From Oikopleura dioica (lineage: Eukaryota; Animalia; Chordata), in contig OU015568.1 of assembly GCA_907165135.1 (NCBI GenBank), forward strand, positions 2,790,001 to 2,854,000: a DNA stretch of 64,000 nucleotides. The letters are read 5' to 3'. The notes below the pieces were generated by a model. The model saw only the letters and a program-made list of their open reading frames with translations, was not told where the DNA came from and made no database searches. Positions 58,739 through 64,000 of this stretch are shown one piece after another. Both the position numbers and the translations under genes were made by a program. How positions within the stretch are numbered: the first letter of the stretch is position 1; the number at the start of each line of letters is the position of its first letter.

Positions 58739-60899
58739 ATGTGTTGGACAACGCTAAAACGTGAACTTTTTTCAATCTTTGTTTTTTGCCTTTTTCTCAG
58801 AGAAATAAACGCAAGAACTTGTGGCTCTTCTGATAAGGTGAATGGAAAATTCGTTCACGTCCAAAGATTTAAATCGTCTCCGGAATCGTGTACCTACGAT
58901 CTGAATTTTCCGAACGATGCTTCTTCAAAGCTTTCTTTTCAAAAAGAACCGGCTTGCATCGAACACTCAATAATCATCCGGGACAGCGAAAATACCTTTG
59001 GCCCTTTTTGCTCGAGCGTGGAAGAACGCGGCGGCTTCGGAATTTCGGCAATCATTCCGAATGCGAAACGACTCTCGACGATTACAGAAGTGGTGTTCAA
59101 AGGGCCTCTGGAAGTGGAAATCAAACCAACTTCGGAGAGACGATCGAGATTTAGGCTGCTTTTCACGTGGGAAAAAGTGGAGGAGTGCTCGCTTTCAGAC
59201 GTTGCTAAATTTGATGGTATTTTCTCCAAAATCGCAGCGGCTGAAGGAAAATTCGCCGCAGCCCGTGTTTGGAATCGACTCTCAAATCAGCTTAAAAATT
59301 TCGACGAAGACTTTCACCAAGAATCTGCTCGTTTTTGCGCTGCTGAAACTTTGCAACCTCCATGCGAGTTGGTGAGATTTTCTCCTGACGCATCTTTTGA
59401 AGAGATTTTTGATCAAACGAAGAATCTTTTGGATTTTCTTTCAGGCTACTGTCAAAGTGGATTTGCTTACAGGAAAGGCTTTTATTTTGAAAGACAAGTG
59501 TTGTTAAAAAGAAGTATCAAAACAAGCCGTTATCAGATGGTATGATATTTTGAACGAAATGCTTTTCAACTCCGGCGAGACGTCCCGAATCGAAGTTGAA
59601 AAAATTCCAGAAGAGTTCCAAATTCATGTTATTCAGCAAGAACCTATGCGAATGATTCTAGAAAACGAGTTTGTTGTTCACAAGCGACTTGAGTTCGAAA
59701 CAACTGCCTCAACGACAATTACAACTAAGAATACGCCACCTCCAACAGCAGGACCGCCGAGCAAGTTGCTCATTGAACCCATTTTTCCTCGTAAGACGGT
59801 TTTTTCGAAGCTCTTCCTCAATTTTCTTCTAGAAATGGACTACCCAGAAACATGCGGTTGGTTAAAAGAATCAACGATGAAAAAATCGATGTGTTCGATT
59901 TCCTCCCTTTCTTCGTGCAACACTCCCTTATTCGCCGATGTTCTCTCCCTAACTTCCTCCACCGAATCTTGTCCAGTCAATCATTCAGCGACGATTCTCG
60001 AGCGAATTTTCGAATACGCACAAAAACTCGCTTCCAATTCTGGGTTTTTCAAGGGACAGTGCGCGACAACCAAGAAACAGCTTCCTTGTGATTTGATGAT
60101 GATCAATTTGGACAGAGAAGACCAGCTCAAGCCTTCGAGTTTTATTCGAAAAATGAGGATGATAACAAGAAAGATCGTTGCTGACTGCGAAATCAGCCAT
60201 CGACACGAGCTGCAGGAGCTTTACAGAGAAGGTAAGATGGAAATTCCTACGTAAATAATCTAACGCAAAATTTCAGTCTGGTCTTCGATCAAATCTTGCG
60301 GCCCAAATCAAAACACAAAATCCGACGATTTGTCTCTTTTGATCGGCGAGCGCGGCTTAGCTTTCCAAAAGCCGAGGAAAGAATTCTGCCGCATCTCCGG
60401 CTATGCCTCTCGAAATATGAAATGGTTCTCTTCCCGCCTCGGTCTTGTCAAGGATCAGGAGCGAGCTGTGGAATTGTTCGAGGAATTGGCTGAAGAGATC
60501 GCGGATATTGGGGCAAAAGCGGCTCATAATGTCGGAGAAAGATGCTTGTTAGATGGAGATGTGTAAGTGAAATGTTCTTACGAAGATTAAGTGCTCAAAC
60601 GTACTCATTTAGCGCTGATCGGATTCCCTGCGAGCTTGCGTTCATCCCTAAAAATGAAGAAGGATGTCAACTTGGAGCACGATTAGCGCGAGTGGTCAAA
60701 TACCTGCAACAAAAATGCCCACTTCTTGTTTCGCAAGCTGTTCCGAGAAAACTAAGAAAACTTGAAGGTAAGCTCAAAGTCATTGATAGCAGAATTTAGT
60801 TTGATTTCAGAAGCATTGGCAAGGGAAGAAGGAACATGTCCAGAACTAGGGACGAAGATGACAAGAGATATTAGACTTGTGGCGATGAACACGCTATAA
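58739..60899 (+). CDS. Secreted CUB-like domain protein with three Cys-helical repeats
   Basis: Signal-like start; TCG..SCTYDLNF..LSF..C....IIIRD...GPFC (CUB-like); three repeats with a C-x7-PC(E/D)L..C pattern separated by a Thr/Pro linker. Confidence 0.65.
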
Positions 60900-61082
60900 A
60901 TTTAAGACAAAATAATCTGTACATTTGAATAAAAAAAATCCTGAAATCCAGATCCCCCGGGAATTTTTCGCGGCTTGCATTTCAAGCTCTGTTTATATTT
61001 GTCCTTGCTCCTGTCAGGAAAGCAAGCTGACGATAGCCAGAGCTCATAAAGAACTCATTCCAGATTTTCAAAAAGCGAAAAA

Positions 61083-62765
61083 ATGGAGAGCAAGAGAAGT
61101 TCGATTCTCTCAAAAGCCTCCTCTGCCGGGGGAGGAGTGAAGCTCCAAAGAAATTTGACAGTTTGGGGAGGAATTGCTCTTGTTGTTGGGACGATGATTG
61201 GATCTGGTATTTTTGTGTCGCCGACGGGGATTTTGAAGGAAAGTGGCTCTGTCGGATCCAGGTTTGAGCTTATTCGAGAGATCGTGATAATAGTACTTAT
61301 AGTTTGGTGATTTGGGTTATCACAGGGGCAATTTCGACACTTTGTGCCCTTTGCTACATTGAACTTGGACTCTTAGTGGACGCTACTGGCGCCGAGTACA
61401 GTTACTGTAACGACGCTTACGGAAGTCTTATCGGCTTTCTTGTTGGCTGGACCTTGATCATCATGGCAAAACCAGCCGGTTTGGCTGTTATGGTGACTGC
61501 TTTTGCTGACTACACTTCCGCCCCATTCTATCCTGGCTGCGACGCTCCCGAAATGCTGAAAAAGTTTCTTTCCATTTGTGCAATTTTGTTCATCATGATC
61601 GTCAACGGCTTGTCCGTCAAAGCCTCCGAGCGAATGCAGATTCTTTTCACCGTCGTCAAGCTCATTTTAATCACCGCCATCATCATCGGCGGCTTTGTGG
61701 AAATCGCGAAAGGAAACACGGAAAACTTTGAGAATGCGTTTGAAGGAACAAGTCCTTCTTTGAGTGCCTGGGCAGTGGCAATTTACAATGGAATGTGGTC
61801 GTATGACGGTTGGAACCAGCTGAACTTTGTGTCGCAAGAATTGATCAATCCTGAAAGAAACTTTCCTCTCGTCATCATTGGTGGCATTCCTCTAGTTACG
61901 CTGCTCTATCTTCTCGTCAATGTCGCTTACTTCACCGTCATGTCTCCTACTGAGCTTCTCCAAAGCCCGTAAGTACAAGAGGCATCAACCCAATCTTCAA
62001 TCTGTGTTTCTAGAGCAGTTGCTACTACATTCGGTGCAAAAGTTTTTGGCTCTTTCGCCTGGATAGTCCCAGTTGGAGTAGCTTGCTCAACTTTTGGCTC
62101 CTCCAATGGCGAAGCTTTCACGTCTGCAAGACTTGTTTACGCAGCCGGAGGAAATGGGCACTTCCCAAGATTTCTTGCTTATCTCAGGTAATCTTCCTTG
62201 ATTTCATTTTTCCCAACTAAATCTTCAGCAACGAGCGATTGACTCCCCTGATGGCAGTGGTTTTCAACGCTGTGATCGGAATTCTTATGGTCTTGCCGGA
62301 ATCGTCGAACATTGAGAATCTTCTTGACTACTTTAGTTTCGCCATGTGGACAATTTACGCCCTGACATTTATTTCTATCATTATTTTCCGCTACAGAAAG
62401 CCATATTGTGATGTTGAAAGAAAATTCAAGGTGAATTTTTTGAGCTTTTTTTGCTTCTTTGTTTGTTTTCTTTTATCGCCTCTGTCAGCAAAATTCGCTC
62501 AAACATGCTTTTTAAGATTTGGCTTCCGCTTCCTGTCCTTGCTGCCGGAATCTCGCTGTATTTGGTCATTGCGCCTCTTGTTGAAGAACCATCCTTGGCA
62601 TATCTTCTTGCTACTCTCATCATTTTTGGTGGACTGATATTCTACATTCCCTTTGTCTATCTCGACTGGGACCTTCCCTTTGGAATTTACAACAAAGTCG
62701 AGATTTTCTGCCAAAAATACTTTGAAGTTGTTCCTGTTTCAGCCGATGAGCTTAAAAACGAATAA
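61083..62765 (+). CDS. SLC7: SLC7 L-type / b(0,+) amino acid transporter light chain
   Basis: LQRNLTVWGGIALVVGTMIGSGIFVSPTGIL, LCYIELG, GAEYSY, YNGMWSYDGWNQLNFVSQELINPERNFP, YFTVMSP.ELL, TP..AV.F; about 12 TM segments over 4-5 exons. Confidence 0.95.
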
Positions 62766-62929
62766 AAATCAAAACAAATTTTAACACTGAATCCGGATTT
62801 GTTTTATAAGGTCGGTCGTTTCCCTGAGAACAGATATTGCTTGCATAGAAATTCATTTTTGAGTGAAAAAGCGGCTTCGAGTTTTCGTCGAAAAAGTTGG
62901 CAAATGATTGAAGGAAAAAATATGAGCTG

Positions 62930-63583
62930 AAAGAGAAAATATGGCTAGAATATACTGAGGATAATGAAGGATCAATTTTCTTCGAAATTTTCGATGATGA
63001 CCAGTTACTTTGGTCACATTGGTCATCAGATTTGCCAAGCCTGAAAAACTATTGGCTTAACAAATTTGTCGGGGAGGAAGATGTTATTATTCTTCAAGAC
63101 CATGATGACTGTTATTATTGTTTCGACAGAAAAATTAAGATTTGCGCTCATCATGGAAGCGAGATCATCATTCGCATATCTTTAAAAAACCGAACAGTCA
63201 AAAAATACGTTGTTCCTGATCGAAAACTCAATGAATGTTCTGACTTTGTATGTGGTTTCGGAGTTGCTAGAGATCAGCTTTATTTCCTCGTAACAGCACC
63301 TTCATTTATACAAGTCCAGCATTCAGGAAACGAAGATCAATTCCATTATCGTTATTTTGGAGTTCTCTCTGAAAACAAGGATGAAAACAATTTTCTTGCC
63401 AACACCATCTGTTTTATAAGAGAAGATGTTTTCCTCAGTGGAAACGAGCTTAAAATACCGGCTAAATGCGACTACTTCCATTTCAACGACTTGACTGACG
63501 AAGAAGAAGAAGATCTTTTTCTATTTCGATGCTATAATGGAGGGACGGAAGGAGCTCGGGTCAAAATAAATCAGCCTCCCTAG
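62930..63583 (+). CDS. Hypothetical protein (lineage-specific, intronless)
   Basis: The frame is open from about 62930 to 63583 with protein-like composition but has no in-frame ATG at the 5' end (possible spliced or trans-spliced start). Confidence 0.45.
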   Translation, partial: KEKIWLEYTEDNEGSIFFEIFDDDQLLWSHWSSDLPSLKNYWLNKFVGEEDVIILQDHDDCYYCFDRKIKICAHHGSEIIIRISLKNRTVKKYVVPDRKLNECSDFVCGFGVARDQLYFLVTAPSFIQVQHSGNEDQFHYRYFGVLSENKDENNFLANTICFIREDVFLSGNELKIPAKCDYFHFNDLTDEEEEDLFLFRCYNGGTEGARVKINQPP

Positions 63584-64000
63584 AAATTCAAAGTGCGTAA
63601 AAAAAAAATTATGTATTATTTATTGTGTTGATGATTGTTGACTCCTTGAAAAAGATAAACTAGCTCTGTTGTATGGACTTCCTTTCGAGAAATTTCTTGA
63701 AGAGTTGGACGAAGATGTATTTCAGAAAGATCTAATTGAATATAAATATGGCGATGTAACCAAGCAAGCAATTTGCGTCGATCTTCGTAAGATCTTTTTC
63801 TTGTGAGAACAAGCAAACTAAGCCTCTTTTTTATAGTCTGTCATCCGTCAATAAAAGGCGAGGATGGGGAACTGCTCAACCTCATTGAAGCGAGAAGGGA
63901 AGAAGTTGAGTTTTACCGAGATTATTATAAAGAAATAGCCAATGGTGATTAAATTCATTCTGAGCTAAGACGACAACATTGTGGCTTGAAATAAAATTAT

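Noticed and set aside
1-64000. rRNA, tRNA or snRNA genes
   Set aside because: No cloverleaf-compatible or rRNA-like conserved sequence was recognised by eye; a tRNAscan/Infernal run would be needed to exclude them formally.

Overview
This is compact, AT-rich (estimated by eye) eukaryotic DNA with densely packed genes and many 40-70 nt introns. Several GA-AG and GC-AG introns are required to keep conserved motifs in frame (e.g. the protease TAAHC motif). This architecture strongly suggests the larvacean tunicate Oikopleura dioica or a close relative; the assignment is inference, not a database match. Recognisable genes: an ApoD-like lipocalin, a VWA5A-like vWA protein, a type II C-type lectin, a PIERCE/DUF4490-like protein, a GAL3ST sulfotransferase, an SHFRGG-motif EGF-repeat secreted protein, two trypsin-family proteases, a catalytically dead protease-mucin, three RING-finger genes, a divergent TGF-beta-like ligand, two tandem Sulfotransfer_4-type genes, a CUB protein and an SLC7 transporter. 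Two small spliced secreted peptide precursors missed by the ORF track are also present. Mobile DNA is abundant. A very young 3.44 kb LTR element has 234/235 identical LTRs and a patchwork pol. There are several hAT-, Mutator- and Kolobok-like MITEs with TSDs, long foldback palindromes, and a 36-bp micro-element. A roughly 3.3 kb four-gene unit is tandemly duplicated, with reciprocal decay of the two copies. The strongest candidates for novelty are apparent MITE-triggered intronisation of half an EGF domain, the patchwork non-autonomous LTR element, the minimal-prodomain TGF-beta-like gene, and the peptide precursors. No rRNA, tRNA or CRISPR locus is supported. All gene models were assembled by hand, so exon boundaries are approximate.
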